Source: Eutreptiella sp. 'Long Island Sound 2002'
Lineage: Eukaryota; Protista; Euglenida
Length of the DNA: 64,000 nt
Assembly: GCA_964036045.1 (NCBI GenBank)
Contig: OZ038378.1
Location: 195,796,001-195,860,000 of the forward strand
Reading direction: 5' to 3'
Below the pieces are notes generated by a model. That model was not told the DNA's origin, searched no databases, and saw only the letters and a program-made list of their open reading frames with translations. The number at the start of each line of letters is the position of its first letter. Within the stretch, counting starts at the first letter, position 1. Both the position numbers and the translations under genes were made by a program. Below, piece by piece: positions 1-13,740 of this stretch.

Positions 1-1890
1 GCCGCTGTGATTCACCCGTTGACTGCCGTTTAGTGCTGCATTCCGGTAGCCCAGTGCAATTCAATGAGATTTGCTTCCTTTTGTGTGCGGAGCTGAGGGA
101 CACCGCTGCAGTGTCTTTGTGCGTCTGGAGCGTGTGAATGCATCGTGGTCGCAGGCTCAGGGCCCTGAGTGCGCAGCTGTTGCCAGGTGACCAACGGCCC
201 ATCATCCTGCATGGGGAGGCCTTGACACCTCCGCAGGCGGCCTGCCAGGGCTTACCCACTGTGGCCGACCACTCACAATCACTAGGCAGACCCAGGTCAG
301 GTCAGGTCAGGTCAGGTCAGGTATCGCCAGGCACCACCGTCCATAAGCCGGCTATCAAGCGTCCTACGGCAGGACGATTGGCCGAAACACACGCACTCAG
401 GGGCCCAGAGAGGGCACCCTCCGGTAGAGAAGGTAACCTGCCCCAGACGGGGCTTGAGCTGGGGAACTTGGGATGGCAGTGGTGCCTCGGGAGGAGCGCC
501 CCGGATTGGCTGGTCCTGGTGGGGGCCCACGCCGGCCCATCCGACTCGAATTAGGCACACCCGGTCTGCCCGTTGGTCGCCAGAATTCTTGTCTTGCCTG
601 TCCTGCGTTGAGGGGAGAGCTGCAGCCCGATGGTGATGTACAAAGGAGGTGGACCCTGTGGCCCCTGTGGTCAAGATCTCACCCGGCGCTTGAGGGTGCG
701 GCCTCCGTAGGTGACCCTGTCCCTTTGGTGAGGGGCCCCCATTCTCGAGGGGAGGCATGCCACAGACCCCTTTCTCTCGGGCTGTGTGGACCACATTGTT
801 CGGGGCCATGAGTGCGTTGACGCATGATGGAGTTTGTGGGGCTTTCAGGGAACTGCAAAAACTTTGGCTGCGCCGAGCTGCCTCCGACCTTTGCCGTGCC
901 TTTGAACATGCCTGCTACAGGGAACACCCCCCCTCCCCCCCCCCATCCCCATGCAAGACCCCTGCTCGCCCTGCCAAACAGCCACTGCGACCCTTCACCA
1001 GTCCCACTCCGCGCTGGATCTTTGCACGGGCACAGCGATGCTGTTGCATTGAATCAGCACCACGGACAACACAAATGCAGAACCATGACGTCACATTTGT
1101 TGCATGTGCTATCTTGGAAGAGCTACAGGCCCCAATCAAGGATGCTTTTGCTGATCGGCCACAGCTTCTGCTTCTGCTAAGTCTGTTGCCCAATGGTCTA
1201 GACACGTTCCCTGGCATAACACTGCATGTGGGTAGAAATATGGTCCTTGCCCCCGGCCTGTGGTCTGAAATTTTGGGGACCTGGTCCATTGCTTATGTCT
1301 GTGCGTCTACATGCATTTGTCATGCAGACACAGCTCCTCCACCGGTGAGTGCAGCAGCCCCCCCTCCTCCCACGGGGGTGGGGCATTTGGGTGTTCCCCA
1401 AATCTGGGTGGATTGGATCCTCGACCCCCCTCCTCCCACCCTCTGTTGCTAAGCACATCTCTGAACAGCGCTGAAGTCCTACCAGCAAGTAGACATTGCC
1501 ATTGTTGTAGATGGGGTCCGTGAGAGGTGGATGAAAAGGTTTTGGACCTGCAATCGGTTGCAATCTTCGCGCGGACGCCCTCCAGGGTTGCTTCACTCTG
1601 AAGGGGCAGGCTGCAGGGGGCGGAGAGACCGGTTCATCCTGCCTCCAGCCCAGGGGTTTCCACCCATTCCACATCAGACTTCTTATGAGAGAGAGGGGGG
1701 GGGGGCGGGCGGGGGCGGGAGAGAGAGAAAGCGAGAGATAGGGAGAGGGAGAGGGATCGAGATCAAATTGTTAAACAACAGTGTGCCGCGGTGCCTCTGA
1801 CTGAATCGTTCCCGAAGCTCTTGGTCAACAGTCTTGCCAAACAAGGGTCCCTCTTTCAAGAGGGTCCGTTCATATGGTTCGTCTGCGGGC

Positions 1891-2016
1891 AGCACATGTC
1901 TGAACTGACTTCAACACGGTGCTTGTTGTTGTAACGGGCGTATTTGCCGGCCTCTTCTCATACCCTTGTGGATGTACCCCCCGCCCCCACCCCAGCACCC
2001 GTGACCGGTGTTGCTT
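1891..2016 (+). repeat. 126-bp dispersed direct repeat (second copy at 3329-3454)
   Basis: Near-identical AGCACATGTCT...GACCGGTGTTGCTT on either side of FCF1 exon 2377-2580. Confidence 0.9.
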
Positions 2017-2088
2017 TATGCATATCAGGCCTCGCCGTGATACTCTCGTACTGGGTGCTGCGTTAGGGATGGCCATGTGCTCCGTCAC

Positions 2089-2298
2089 AAGGGATATATT
2101 AGAACGGAAGGGGCCTCAGGGAGGTCCCCAGAAGCGGCTAGACAGGCGGTTGGAGGGGGTTGCTGAAGCGGTCGGGGGCGGTTACTATCGGTTACAAATA
2201 CCGTTGAAGCTGGCCTTTGTTGTCAGGGAGACAGTGGCTGGGCATAGACTGGGCGCTCTGGAGGAGGGGGGGGAGACAGGGCTTCCAATGCAGCCCTG
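2089..2298. mobile_element. hAT-type MITE, family A (consensus TIR about CAGGGATGCATTGGAA)
   Basis: Ends AAGGGATATATTAGAA and TTCCAATGCAGCCCTG; flanks TCCGTCAC and TCCGTCCC (7/8 TSD). Confidence 0.8.
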
Positions 2299-2376
2299 TC
2301 CGTCCCCCAGTGACCAGGCACGGGCAGGTCTTCGTCTTCAAGCAGACGCCCGCCCGCACCGCATTCCTCTCCTTAG

Positions 2377-2580
2377 GTCAGCAGCGCCATGTATCTGAAG
2401 TACAACACGGCACTGGGCCCCCCGTACCGCGTGCTGATGGACACCAACTTCATCAACTTCTCGATGCAGGCGAAGATGGACATTGTGATGGGGATGATGG
2501 ACTGCCTGCTGGCCAAGTGCTTCCCGGTCGTGTGCGGGTGCGTGATCGCCGAACTGGAGCGGCTGGGGCCCAAGTTTAAG
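2377..2580 (+). CDS. FCF1: FCF1/UTP24 PIN-domain rRNA-processing nuclease, internal exon (VSSAMYLKYNTALGPPYRVLMDTNFINF...ELERLGPKFK)
   Basis: Diagnostic YNTALGPPYRVLxDTNFINFS motif. Acceptor ccttAG at 2375-2376 and donor AAG|GTTCGG at 2581, both phase 0. The Lys-rich N-terminal exon was not found in 1-2376, so it probably lies upstream of the window. Confidence 0.95.
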
Positions 2581-2835
2581 GTTCGGATCTCAGTCCGCTG
2601 TGCCCTACACTCGCCTCTATTCGGGAAGTAGACGACCCGGCATGGGCCGCTACAAAGGGAAGGGGCAGGTGTTGCCCGGGCGCCTCCCAACGGGGACGTC
2701 GTGCGGTAGGTACGCTGTACCCTTGGCTGTACCGGCTTCCCCCACCGCAGCCGTTCCGGCGGCTGACCGGCGAGGGTGCCGGTTGGTGGGTTGCGTGGGG
2801 GTGGCTCCTGGCCCCCGGCGGCTGGGTCGGGGGGG

Positions 2836-2996
2836 GGCTCCGCGAACGCGGAAACAACACCAGCAAGAGCACCGGCCGCAGCGGCCGACAGAAAGCAGCG
2901 ACCCGACGCAACATGCGAAGGGAAGAACGGGTGACCGTCCAGGGCCCCGTAAAGGAGCAACAACCAGACGGAATGTCACACAGGGGGGGGGGTGCG
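2836..2996 (+). repeat. Abundant dispersed repeat (second copy at 44496-44658) reading TQHAKGRTGD.PGPRK.TTRRNVT
   Basis: Two highly similar copies 42 kb apart. Confidence 0.9.
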
Positions 2997-5889
2997 GGGG
3001 GAGCCGGGGTCTCTCTTCGGAGGAGGCCCGGAGCCGGTCTTCCCTTGCCGCATGTTGTGCTGACTCTGCCACCAGCCGCACACACGTGACAGGACATGGG
3101 GCATGCGCCTCTGGGGACTGGACCAGGCCATTTTGCTTCACGGCCGGGAGGCATGGCCGCCCGGCTGCTGCCCCCCTGCCACCACCACAAGAGGGGCCTG
3201 GCCCATACCCTCGCAGCGAGCCCCACGCAGCACCGGACAGGGCGCTGGGCCTCGCAGCCCAAGTGCATGGTCGCACGCCCCTCGGAGAACTCCCCTGGGG
3301 AGTGTTGTGCTTTTGCAATTGTGAAAGGAGCACATGTCTAAACTGACTTCAACACGGTGCTTGTTGTTGTAACGGGGGTATTTGCCGGCCTCCTCTCATG
3401 CCCTTGTGGATGTACCCCCCGCCCCCACCCCAGCACCCGTGACCGGTGTTGCTTGGATAAGGGTAAAGCATTGGGATGGATGGCCGCGACATTGATTTGG
3501 ATGCCGCTCGCGCGCCCGGCAAACGTTCCCTCAATAGATGATGCTCTACACACCCTGGCAATGAGGAGTCCCCCCCTTCGCAGACCCCCCAGCTTAGCTC
3601 CGGCAGTCTGTCATGGACGCCTGCCACCTCCCTCAGACTTTCGCTGCTGTGGGGTATAGGATAGGCACACTACTGTACCAGGCGCCCCCATCAGCCCTCA
3701 GGTCTGCCTGCCCGTTTGGCATCCAACAGCTCGATAATCATAACAGACAATGGCAATGTGCGCGACCAGAACGATATTTGGTGGTCTTAACTATGTGCCC
3801 CCCCCCCCCAACCTGTTCGGCAAAAATATCGTGCAACAGCAGACAAATATATGTCATGGAGGCGGACAGGCGTACAGCATTTTGTTGCAATAAGGCCAAA
3901 AGGTCTCCTCCCTGCCCAAAACAAAAGACAACACACACACAGAAATGCACGAGCATGCAGGGGTGCGAAAGTAGTAAAGTGCGTGTGTGGGGAGGGGGTG
4001 TTCGCAGTATGTTTCATGAGCCACGACAGTAACTGTATCTCTTGTCTCTGGTAGCGGCCGTGTCCGTGTGGTTGGCTTCTTGCATCCAACACAGCAACTC
4101 CTGCCCCTTTGATTGGCGTAAGACCGAACTCACGTAGACATTTGGCTCTGACCGGGGAGTGACGGGGATGGGTGGGCAGGTGGGTAAGCTGTCGGCAGTG
4201 ACAGCCTGTTTGCTCTTTGTAGGGCCCTAGTGGCCGATCACACAGCGTACTGGTGAACTGCTTCATCCACACGCTCTTGTTTTCCATGCAGATGAAAGAC
4301 GTCTAGGGCTGCCCAGCAGCTCCTGAGGAGTTTTCTTTCGCCGCTCTTCTTGCTTCGTTCTTGCTTGCTGCGGTTCTCACTATGTGTGCCGGGGTGCACA
4401 GAAGGGGCTGTAGGCATGAAAAACAGGAAAAGCAACAGCAAACCAATCCCCAAGGCAGAGCCGAAAAATCCAGGGGTTCGATCTCCCTAACTTTTGGGAA
4501 TGCGTCACAATGGGGGCAGGTCCTTCAAGTCGGCTCTCCAGGGAGCCCAGTGAGCCACCGGGAGCACAGGGTGGAGCGTCCCAGGTGGTCAGAGCCGATG
4601 ATCACAGGTATCCGACTTCCTGAAGTCAAGGGGGGGCGGCAGCACTCAGGAGAGGACGGCCGTGTTCCTTGATCTCAAGGGGTTGCATTGCAGTTGCAAT
4701 GGGGTTCCTGAGGAGGGCGTGCGGCAAAGCCATGCAGGAAAGCAGCAAGAGTTTGTCCCTGATGTATGCCGCTGGCTGCTGGGGAAGTTGGGTTTTCAAC
4801 TCCGGAGGGGGGGGGATCAATACACCCCTCTGGCTAGATTCCTCCCCCCCTCCCCAAAAAGGGCTCAATTGACCCCCCCACCCCCCTAAATCGTCCCCTG
4901 GAGGTGACCCTGACCCAAAAGTCGGCAAAAAAACTTCAAAATGGGATTTTTGGAATCAACGCGCCGAGGGGGTTCAGAAAAGTCATCATTTGCCATAAAT
5001 GTTGTGGGAAATAAGTGACCATTTTCAATGCTAAAGAAAGTAGTTGGCGCCTTCATAATAACTGATTAATGGTCCTGTCAATTCCCCCGAACCCCGCCCC
5101 CCCCCGTTTTGGGGGGCTCTTTCGACCCCCCCCCCCCCCGGAAGTGAAAACTCGACTTCCCCTGGTTCCTGGGGGTGCTTGATTGGGCACATCTGACAAC
5201 CGTCTGTGTGTGTGTGTGGACGTGTGGAGTGAGTCCCTCTCTTTGCCTATCGAGGCCCGGTATCACTGTGATGATGAGCTGGGCTGGTGCCGCTTGCTTG
5301 ACGGTTCGTGAACAACAGTTCTGCGACAACCTCCTGCAGAGGGCAGGCACTACACAGCGGGAATGTCGCGACTCTCACCCTCCAGTGGACCCGGTTTCAT
5401 GCCCGTGACCGACGGTCATTGGAGGGTCATGGGAGGCGGTTGGAGAGAACCGACGGTGGTTGCAGGCTCACCGACGGCGGTTAGCAAGTAACTGATGTCA
5501 CACAGTTGTGTGGATACAAACACAACTGCATGTCTAAACCCTCAGCACTACAAATCCCTCCCTTGCCCTCTGAGAAGTGAAGACCAGTGGTCATGGCAGC
5601 GTACGCAGGACCGGCCATTGTTAACAGCAGCTCAGGGCGCCTTTTGAGTGGACGGCGTTTTGTTTGTCGAAAAACGTCCGGTCCAACAGCCGTCTTTGGC
5701 CCGCAGCCACCGTCGGACGGGCCCGAACGGTTGTCATCCTGCTGCCCCAATATGGGGCTGATGACTGGACGGCCTCTGTCATTGGTGCGGTGCCATGAGA
5801 CGCCGTCCGAGACCGGGATTGGGCACTGGCCGGCGCTGCGCGCGTGGCCTTGTGTTTGGGAGCGCCCACACCCCCTGCGCCCTCGGCAG

Positions 5890-6015
5890 GTGGCGCTGCG
5901 CATTGCGAAGGACCCCCGCATCCAGAGGCTCGTCTGCGACAAGACGTACGCGGACGACTGCATCGTGGCGCGGGTGCAGGCGAGTCCGGTGTACATTGTG
6001 GGCACCAACGACCGG
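5890..6015 (+). CDS. FCF1: FCF1/UTP24 exon (VALRIAKDPRIQRLVCDKTYADDCIVARVQASPVYIVGTNDR)
   Basis: Conserved ALRIAKDPR, YADDC and TND motifs. cAG acceptor at 5888-5889, GT donor at 6016; joins the previous exon in frame. Confidence 0.95.
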
Positions 6016-6710
6016 GTATCCCCTGCCAACTGCACACCGCCCGTCACCACCGTCCCTCAGGCACGGGCACTCGCCGCGATGTCCGGAGGAACGGGGGCCA
6101 ACTTTGCGGTGGGGGCGGCCATTGGTCGGGCAAGTCCCGGTTTCTATTGCTCGGGACCCCCGGTCCACCCCCGTTCCAGGCCCTACAAGTGACGACAGCC
6201 GTTGTGAGGCAAGCAGGGGCTGGCTGAGAAATCGTTTTTTGGGGTGGCCTCTGTTGGGCGTTGGGCGGCCTGGACCATGTCCATGGTCACCATTTGGTGC
6301 CGATAGAAGTGCATGTGACTCTGCGTGGAGCTTTGTAGCACCCGATAGACCCTTCTGGTGGTGCCCACTGGCCCCTAAAAGCGCCATTTGGGCCTTATTT
6401 GCACTCTGATGGTGAATATTGGGGATTCCGGGGAACCGCAGCGACCCTGTCGGCCTGCGAGGGTTTGTGAGTCGCTTGTAGTGGGGTGGTCATGTCTGTG
6501 AAGAGGCATTGCTCCTCCGCAACCCACATTCTTTTTGTTGTGTGTTTTTCCAGCGAATGTTGTTGTGCAAGGGTGAGGGAGAGGGGGGCTATACGTGGGG
6601 CACTGGCCACGGCGCACATGTCGGGACCCGGCAGCAAGGGCCATTGCCCATCGGGAGGGGGCCGGATGCTCTGCAGCCTCCATGGTCCGCATCAGAGGAC
6701 GTGCCCATGT

Positions 6711-6899
6711 CAAGGATGTCTTAGAATGGCTGACAACCGTAGGAGAAGCCCCCTGCCCCCCCTCTGGATCCCCCCCGCCCCAACAGATCAAAATGACCAT
6801 CGTGTGAAAAGACGAAACTTACTGTCAAGAAATGTTTTTTTGGGACACACACTTTTGGGTCTCAGACCCCCTCCCCTCCTCTCTTCTAATACATCCCTG
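6711..6899. mobile_element. hAT-type MITE, family A variant
   Basis: Ends CAAGGATGTCTTAGAA and TTCTAATACATCCCTG; flanks GCCCATGT and GCCCACAT (6/8). Confidence 0.7.
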
Positions 6900-7888
6900 G
6901 CCCACATGTGGCCGGGATGCGCTTTGTTTGGGGGTGTCCGCTGCATTGGGCTGTGTGGGACCTCCCATTTGCAGAGCCACCCACTGGCCGTCGCCTCTCC
7001 CGCCCCTCATTTGGCCCCAGGCAGCCCGAGCCGCCTGCAGGACCAGCGGATGGATTTGCGCATGTCCTGCCCCCCCCCCCCCCAGACAGTCCCAAGATGT
7101 ATCTGCATCCGGGACATCCAGGGGGGGGGTACAGTCCCTGACCCCCACCCCCACCCCCCCCACCCCCTCTAGGGGGCCAAAACGTTGAAAACGTCCCGAC
7201 CACACAAGCCAATATGGAGAAATTGGCTGGCGCCGGAAAATTTTGGTGCCCCATCTGAAGGGGCTGGTAAAACCGGTCACCCCATGTGTTCGTACTCAAA
7301 ATGCTCCGTTTTTTTTGGGGGGCATTTTCTCTGGGCTCCCAAGAAGGCAGGATTTGTGCAGCCATTTCTGATTCCGTCCCCCTGTTGGGGACCCCCAAGA
7401 ATCGACAAGGCACGGGTTATGGAGCCACTTCCTATTTACAGCATACATATATTTTTGCTTTACTTCACTCTTATTGTCCCGTTGTTGTATGCTAACCCTT
7501 AAGGCCACTGCGTCCCTGCCACTATGTTCATAGCACTGTTTATGAGAAATGACACGAAGGGAGACCATTATGAGATGATCGGCAAGTTTGCTTTTGGCGT
7601 GAGTAGACCGCGAGGTGGCTGCACGGGGTGCGTGGGTGTGGATATTGCCTGGACACCACGGTGGTTCAAAGAAAGAGGTGATTTTCGGTCCCAGCCCTCC
7701 TCCTTCAAGGGGCCAAAATGTTTAAGGGGTGTCGGGGTCAAGGACTGCACCTGGGCGCCCCCCAGGCGACATCCCTCGTTGAGGGTAGGGTTGCAGGCGG
7801 GGGGCAAGCGGAACGCCCACCACCCACTTGGTTGCCTGGCATCGACCCCCCAAGTGAAGGTGTGGCCCTTCGTTCCTTGGCCGCACAG

Positions 7889-8026
7889 AATCTGAAGAGG
7901 CGCCTGCGCAAAATTCCGGGTGTGCCCATCATGTACCTCAAGAATCACAAGTACCAGATCGAGCGGCTGCCGGAGGCGTACCTTCAGGACTACAACTACG
8001 CGAGCAAAAGCGGCGGAAAGAAATAG
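7889..8026 (+). CDS. FCF1: FCF1/UTP24 last exon ([28 protein letters not shown]...GGKK*)
   Basis: Conserved [15 protein letters not shown]...IERLP motif. Acceptor cacAG at 7887-7888, stop TAG at 8024-8026. Confidence 0.95.
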   Translation, partial: NLKRRLRKIPGVPIMYLKNHKYQIERLPEAYLQDYNYASKSGGKK

Positions 8027-9119
8027 AGCAGAGCCATGGAATGGAGCATCCGCAGGGAGGCCTTAGACAGGGCGTCGCGGTGCTTTTGTATTGCTGCGGG
8101 TTTAGACGTCCAGCTGTGTTGTACCTACACAACCGTGTGACGTCGGTTTCTCGCCAACCGCCGTTGGTGAACCTCCAACTGCCGTCGGTTACTCTCCAAC
8201 CGCCTCCCGTGACCCTCCAACTACCGTCGTTCACCATCAAACCGGGCCCCGGAGCGTGAGCACTGGCTCACGACGTCTTCGGTCGGGACAGGCGGCAATC
8301 ACCAACGATGCCGTCGGCCCCAACAGTCCGCATGGGTGCCGCATGTGCTCGTGGGCCCATGCGATGCAGCGGTCAGGCACCGCCGCATCTCCGGGGCGCC
8401 CGACGGCGCTTTGCGGTGTCGCATGATGTCCACCGACGACCTCTGGCGGGCCATCCCATCGACGCCCCCCGGGGCATATCCCTCGCAGCATCGCTTGCGG
8501 GCTGCGGGGGATCACTGACTCTCCAGCGCCTAAAATCGCTGCGTTCCTGATCCCCCCCCCCCTCCGCCGCGATGACAGCCGTGGGCAAGCATGTGCAGCC
8601 GTAGCATGCCGCAGCATCCAATTTTTTGAGTTCATGTGTCTGTCTGCCTGTTCCTGCTCTGTTTGCACGGGAGACATTCTGCCTGCCCCATGTCTCCCCA
8701 GTTTGTTTTTATTTGTCTTGTCATGAGTCAGTCATCTGCACCAACAACATCCAGTCAACAGTCAACACCAAGCACACCCATTCGGCCCAACAGTGTTGTG
8801 CATGTTGTCTCTTGTTTGTTAGTTCAATTTCCCACAGATGCGTAGGTACCCACATGTGCAGGTAGAAGCATGCCGCAGCATGCCGCAGCACAAGAAATTT
8901 TTCCAAGGGACCGCACATGCTTGGCCGTGGGGCAGGCGCGGCCAGAGCCTAATGCGGACATTGCGACCTGACCATTGGAGGCCCCGTCTTGTGGACCCCG
9001 ACACAGAGCAGCGGAACAGAGACAGTCCGGGGGCTCCGTTCGCACAACCTCCCAAGGGAAGGGCAGGGGGTGTAGGGACGTGAGGAGGGGCCAGGCAGGG
9101 GGAGGGAGGGCACTGGGGG

Positions 9120-9345
9120 GGCGAGAGGCCGATGGGCACCGCCGCCTGCGGAGGGAGAGTGTCCAAGGGAAGAGCAGGGGTAAGTGGCGAGAGGCCAATG
9201 GGCGCCGCCGCCTGCGGAGGGAGAGTGTCCAAGGGAAGAGCAGGGGTAAGTGGCGAGAGGCCAATGGGCGCCGCCGCCTGCGGAGGGAGAGTGTCCAAGG
9301 GAAGAGCAGGGGTAAGTGGCGAGAGGCCAATGGGCGCCGCCAGCT
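9120..9345 (+). repeat. 66-bp tandem repeat, about 3.3 copies; single related units at about 24615-24740, 31155-31290, 36945-36990 and 60300-60365
   Basis: Unit GGCGAGAGGCCAATGGGCGCCGCCGCCTGCGGAGGGAGAGTGTCCAAGGGAAGAGCAGGGGTAAGT. It explains the 22-aa periodic ORFs in the track. Confidence 0.92.
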
Positions 9346-12300
9346 GCAGACAGCAACACACGGGGCGTCATGCCAAATCCCCCCCCCCCCTATCCTCCTC
9401 CTGCGTCATGTGCCGCACCGCCCCAGCCCCTTCACACGGAGCTGTCCTCAGCGCGAGGGGGTCCGGGGGGACCCCCTGCGCCAACACCACCGCACTGCAC
9501 TGGGGCCCAACGGGGGCCGTGTCGTGTGGTGGTCGCAGTGGAATCAGAACTGAGGCCCTGGACCAGATCTGCACAGACCCGCGCTGACCGTCCGCACCGC
9601 AAACGGTGGCCGTGCGTCTCATGACCGTTCGCGTGGCGGCCCCGAGAGCGCTGCACGCGCCGTGCGCACGGGTCGAGTGTGCGAATGCAGTGGCCCAGGG
9701 GAAGGGGCCCGGGGCCGTTGGTCTGTTTTTGACCCCCGCTGTCTCTCAAAAGCTCCAAAAAGTTGGTTTCAATTGTGGGGGATCTCTGGAGGTCCGGACC
9801 AAAAACTCATTGGGGGATGCGTTTATTGGACATAATAATGGTTTTACAAGGGGTGAAACTAACCATTCCTCCCCTTGGCGTAGGGTACGCGAATAGGCCC
9901 AAGAAGGCCCAAAATGGGGGAATATGTGGCGTCTTCCCTATATACGGGCGGGCGGGGGGGGCGTGCTACGTCCGGGTCTTGTACATGGCGTCCCATCCCC
10001 GTGCCCCACGGACACTGGGCACTGCTGCGGGGCTTTCGCGGACATTGTGGCGCCCGGGGCCGGGAATCGGCGGGCGGGTGCTTAAGGACGTCCCCCCAGC
10101 CCCCCAGGGCTTTGTGCTTGAAGGGGAGGGCGCTCTGGGGGCAAACTCAGAGCAGGTAGCGGTTGGGGCGCACTGTGAAATCGCTAGGGAGGCAGTTACT
10201 AGCGGTTGGAAAGGCGGGTGAGGGTGGTATTGGGGTTTGCGGACGTGCCTTCGGGGAGAGTTGTAGGAGGACCGTTGGGAGGGGAAAGGGGTACCCCCCT
10301 CCCTTAGAGCAAAGCCCCGTGCCAAACCCCCTTTTGAGTGCACTGAATGCTGCACCGGGGGATTCAGCGATGGATCAACAACGTGAGTGCACCGCTCGTC
10401 GCTGGCCCAGAACTCGGTTGTGTACTCCAGAGAAGCTGTTTGGAACGCCCCCCACCGGCCGGTGTGGCCCCCCCCCCCCCTTCCCCCCCCGGCCGTGAAA
10501 GTGGCACGTCGGCGGGAAGGGTCGGCATGTGCCCCACGAGGGCGTTGGGGGGGGACCGGTGTACGCCGCCGTACAGTCACACTCACTGTTTTCGAGTCAT
10601 GTGAGACGTGCGCCGGCGGCAGGCAAAGGGGGAGCACCTGACGCGGCGTGCGCGCGGCGCGGCTGTTAATCGACGTCCATGGGAAGGGTGTCGTGTTGTC
10701 GGTCGGATGCGTCCTCTCGTGCCGGGCCCCTCTGCGGATGTACTTATTTGGGACTTTGAAGGTCTGCGCCGGGCCAAGGGCCCTTTGGGAGATCAAGAAA
10801 GTGAGTGCCAATTGTATTGTGCTCTTGATTGGGCTCTGTTTGTGGGAAGTCGGGGGGAGGGGGGTGTTCATACAATTTTTGTGGCGGAAGTGCTTTGCCC
10901 TCTCCTCAATAGACATCAGGATGTTCCGGGTGCGCAGCGCAAGTACTTGTCCGACCAGCCTCCGGAAGACTGGCCTTGTCCAACACCGCCGTCTTCCCCA
11001 TTTCAATGGGAGGCACGTGAGTTGTGACGCATGTTTTGCGTCTGGCATCCCCCTGCGTGCCCCTCACTCAAGGAGGAAGGTGGGGGGGGGGGGGGGTGCA
11101 CTGACCACACGCAAACCAAAGGGCCAGCAGTCAGTAGGGGGAGAGTGAGAGGGGGAGAGGGGGAGAGTGAGAGGAGCCTGCACCCAGAGTCCACTTGACA
11201 GCCTGGGTCTAGTGAACTTGGTCTGGGCCTGTGGTGACCGGAATAGGGGGCCTGAGGGTCGGTGCCCCTTGAAAGGCGCCCCGTCAGGCGACATGAGACG
11301 GACTGCGGGCGAAGGTGATTGCCATGTGCCTCGTCGATTGGCTCTCCGACCCTCCGCCGCAGCGCCCACACTGGCCCTTCTACACGCCACCACCGATTTC
11401 TGACCCCCCAGTTCATGCAACGCCCCGGCCCCTTCAGTCGTTGTGCTGGCCCCTCGCCCCTGTGGTCCACGCGGGAATGCACAACGGGCGTAAAGGGAAG
11501 GCGTGGGCAGGGTGGCACATGGGGGTATTGTGTGCGCTTAAAGGCAGCGGCCAAGACGAACCCCAGAACAGCCAACGGTGCAAGAGGGGGCTCGAGCCCG
11601 GGTTCTGTGTACCGCCCCTGCCCCCCCAACTCGTGCAATTGTTTGGTGGATAGTGTGGCCAGTGGATCAGCTGTTGAGAGGCTGGCCGATGGCCTATGGA
11701 GGGATGGGGTTCAGGGAACGGACAGGGGTACGTGGGGAGAGCTTTCCAGGTACTGAGGGCCGCCGCCGCCGTCGCATTGAGACCTGCAGTACGTTGTGAT
11801 ATGCCAGAGTGATTCTGGAGGTTGACGACCGTCGTCCATTTGTGGCCAACCTACGGATGGCACATGCACCATGTCAATGTGGGACCCCATTTAAGTCGGT
11901 TCCGGTCTGTAGATGTGGGGCAAGATTCCTGATTTGTTTGCTGCGTCAGGCTGGTGTTTGTTTCTGATTTGGCCGCCGGTCACTGGTTAAGGATGAATGG
12001 GAATACGTGGCATTGAAGCCCGTCACAGCCAAGTGTCCCGATGGTATGGTTTTCTTTGCCGCGCACAAGACCCTGTCTGTGTAAGTCATACGGGGCGTAT
12101 GTACTGCAATGTGTTGGCCCTGCGTCGTACCTTAGATAACGGGAGCGGGGGGCGGTAGAGTTCCATGTGCAGAAGCCCCAAGAACCGAAGCGGAGGGGGA
12201 GGGGAACGATGCTTACACCTCTTCGAGGGACATGGAGCATAATGGAAATACCATGCGCTCTACAGCTGTTCCGGGCTATTGCACGGCCGAGGAAGGTGGA

Positions 12301-13679
12301 TATTTGGTGTGTGTGTGTGTGTGTGCGTGAATGTGTTGCGCATCAGACTTAATGGTGTGTGATGTTGATAGGTCGATGCAAGCACCTCTATTCAAAATAT
12401 TCAAAAGCATCCATGGGGTCGTCCAGCGACCCCCACCACCTGCATCGTGTTAGGCGGGATACCGTGTTGAGATGCTTCCGCTGCCATGGAATGGACACCA
12501 CAGCCACTTTGAAGATGGGCTGGCTGGGATGCCCATCGGACTTAATGAACTATGTGTGTGCCTGCGTGAATAGTCTCAAGGCATTGCTGCCCCAATACCC
12601 AGGCGGTGCCACCCCATAATGCTGGTAGTGTCGCCCTTGTCTTAAGGCAGTGATGCCTTCTTCTAAAGACCATCTTGCGCTCTTCTGAAGGCAGCGCTAC
12701 TAAAGTCCAAAAGCAACGCTGCCGCAATTTGAAAGAAGCGCTGCTGCATTCTACAGGTGGTCTTTGACCAGTTGAAGGCAAGGCTGTGCCATTCTGAGCA
12801 CAATTCAGCCACATTCTGGAGGCAGTGTTGCCCAACCCATAAGCAGCACTGCCCCAATCAACAGGTAGTGCTCTGCTATTCTAGGCTCTGGCATTCTTGG
12901 GGCAGTATTGTGCTGTTTATAGAGAGCGAGACAGAGAGAGAATATGTGTGTGTGGTGAGCATAAGATTTGGTAAAGCATGCATGTGACAGGCATTAGGTC
13001 TAGAAAGTGTGTCATGTACAAAATCATCAAATCGACACATATGAAAGCCTCCACTACCTGCAAAACGGGGCTGCACTGCATTAGGATTGTGATGGCACAA
13101 CCTGCAGATGGTGGCAGCACCACTTTGTAAACGTCTGTGTCTCTCTGTCATAACACATACAGTGGCAGTGGGCAGCGGGCAGGGGGGTGCGGCACTGCTG
13201 CGCCAGGCGACATACAGGACACCCCCCCCCTACTGGCACCGCCTTGGACACAGGGCAAAGCGAGGGCGGCGGGGCTGCGCACCGCAGGAGGGGGGGGGGG
13301 CGGCTCAGCTAAGCAGCCCAAGCGTCACTCGCAGGCGCCGGTAAGCCGAGGCCAGGCCTTCAAGAGAGGATGGGGGCACCCGGACCCCCCCCCCCCCGCT
13401 TCGCGGGCACGAGTGGAGCTGCATGACGCGGCGAGGCGTGGACGCGCAGGGACGGAGGTCACAAAACCCCACCCCACCAGAGGTTCTGGCCCAGGCGAGG
13501 CCCCCAGCTGCGACCCCGGCGGGCGCCTGATAGGACGGCGAACACAATGTACACTGAACTGATTTTGGTGGCGCCTCAGGTGACCACGGGGGCCCTGGAC
13601 CCATGCGGGTCTCCCTCTTTAATATTGTTTTTCCATCTGTCATAACACATACACACACACCTCATTGAGTCCGCTGCCC

Positions 13680-13680
13680 A

Positions 13681-13735
<55 letters not shown>
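13680..13735 (+). repeat. (CA)n microsatellite; another at 62094-62131
   Basis: Read directly. Confidence 0.97.
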
Positions 13736-13738
<3 letters not shown>

Positions 13739-13740
13739 GA

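Noticed and set aside
757-1452. 231-aa ORF as the FCF1 N-terminus or a separate gene
   Set aside because: No FCF1 Lys-rich N-terminus, no recognisable domain and no coherent splice structure.
1760-1895. Nested antisense exon (DEPYERTLLKEGPLFGKTVDQELRERF) in the FCF1 intron
   Set aside because: An acceptor is plausible, but there is no donor, partner exon or homology.
9120-9345. CRISPR-like array or repeat protein
   Set aside because: The units are identical tandem copies with no unique spacers, in a eukaryotic context, and related single units are dispersed elsewhere.
10590-13140. Protein-like frames (e.g. SADVLIWDFEG..., YGVAPPGYWG...)
   Set aside because: Probably decayed mobile elements, but I found no diagnostic motif to support a call.
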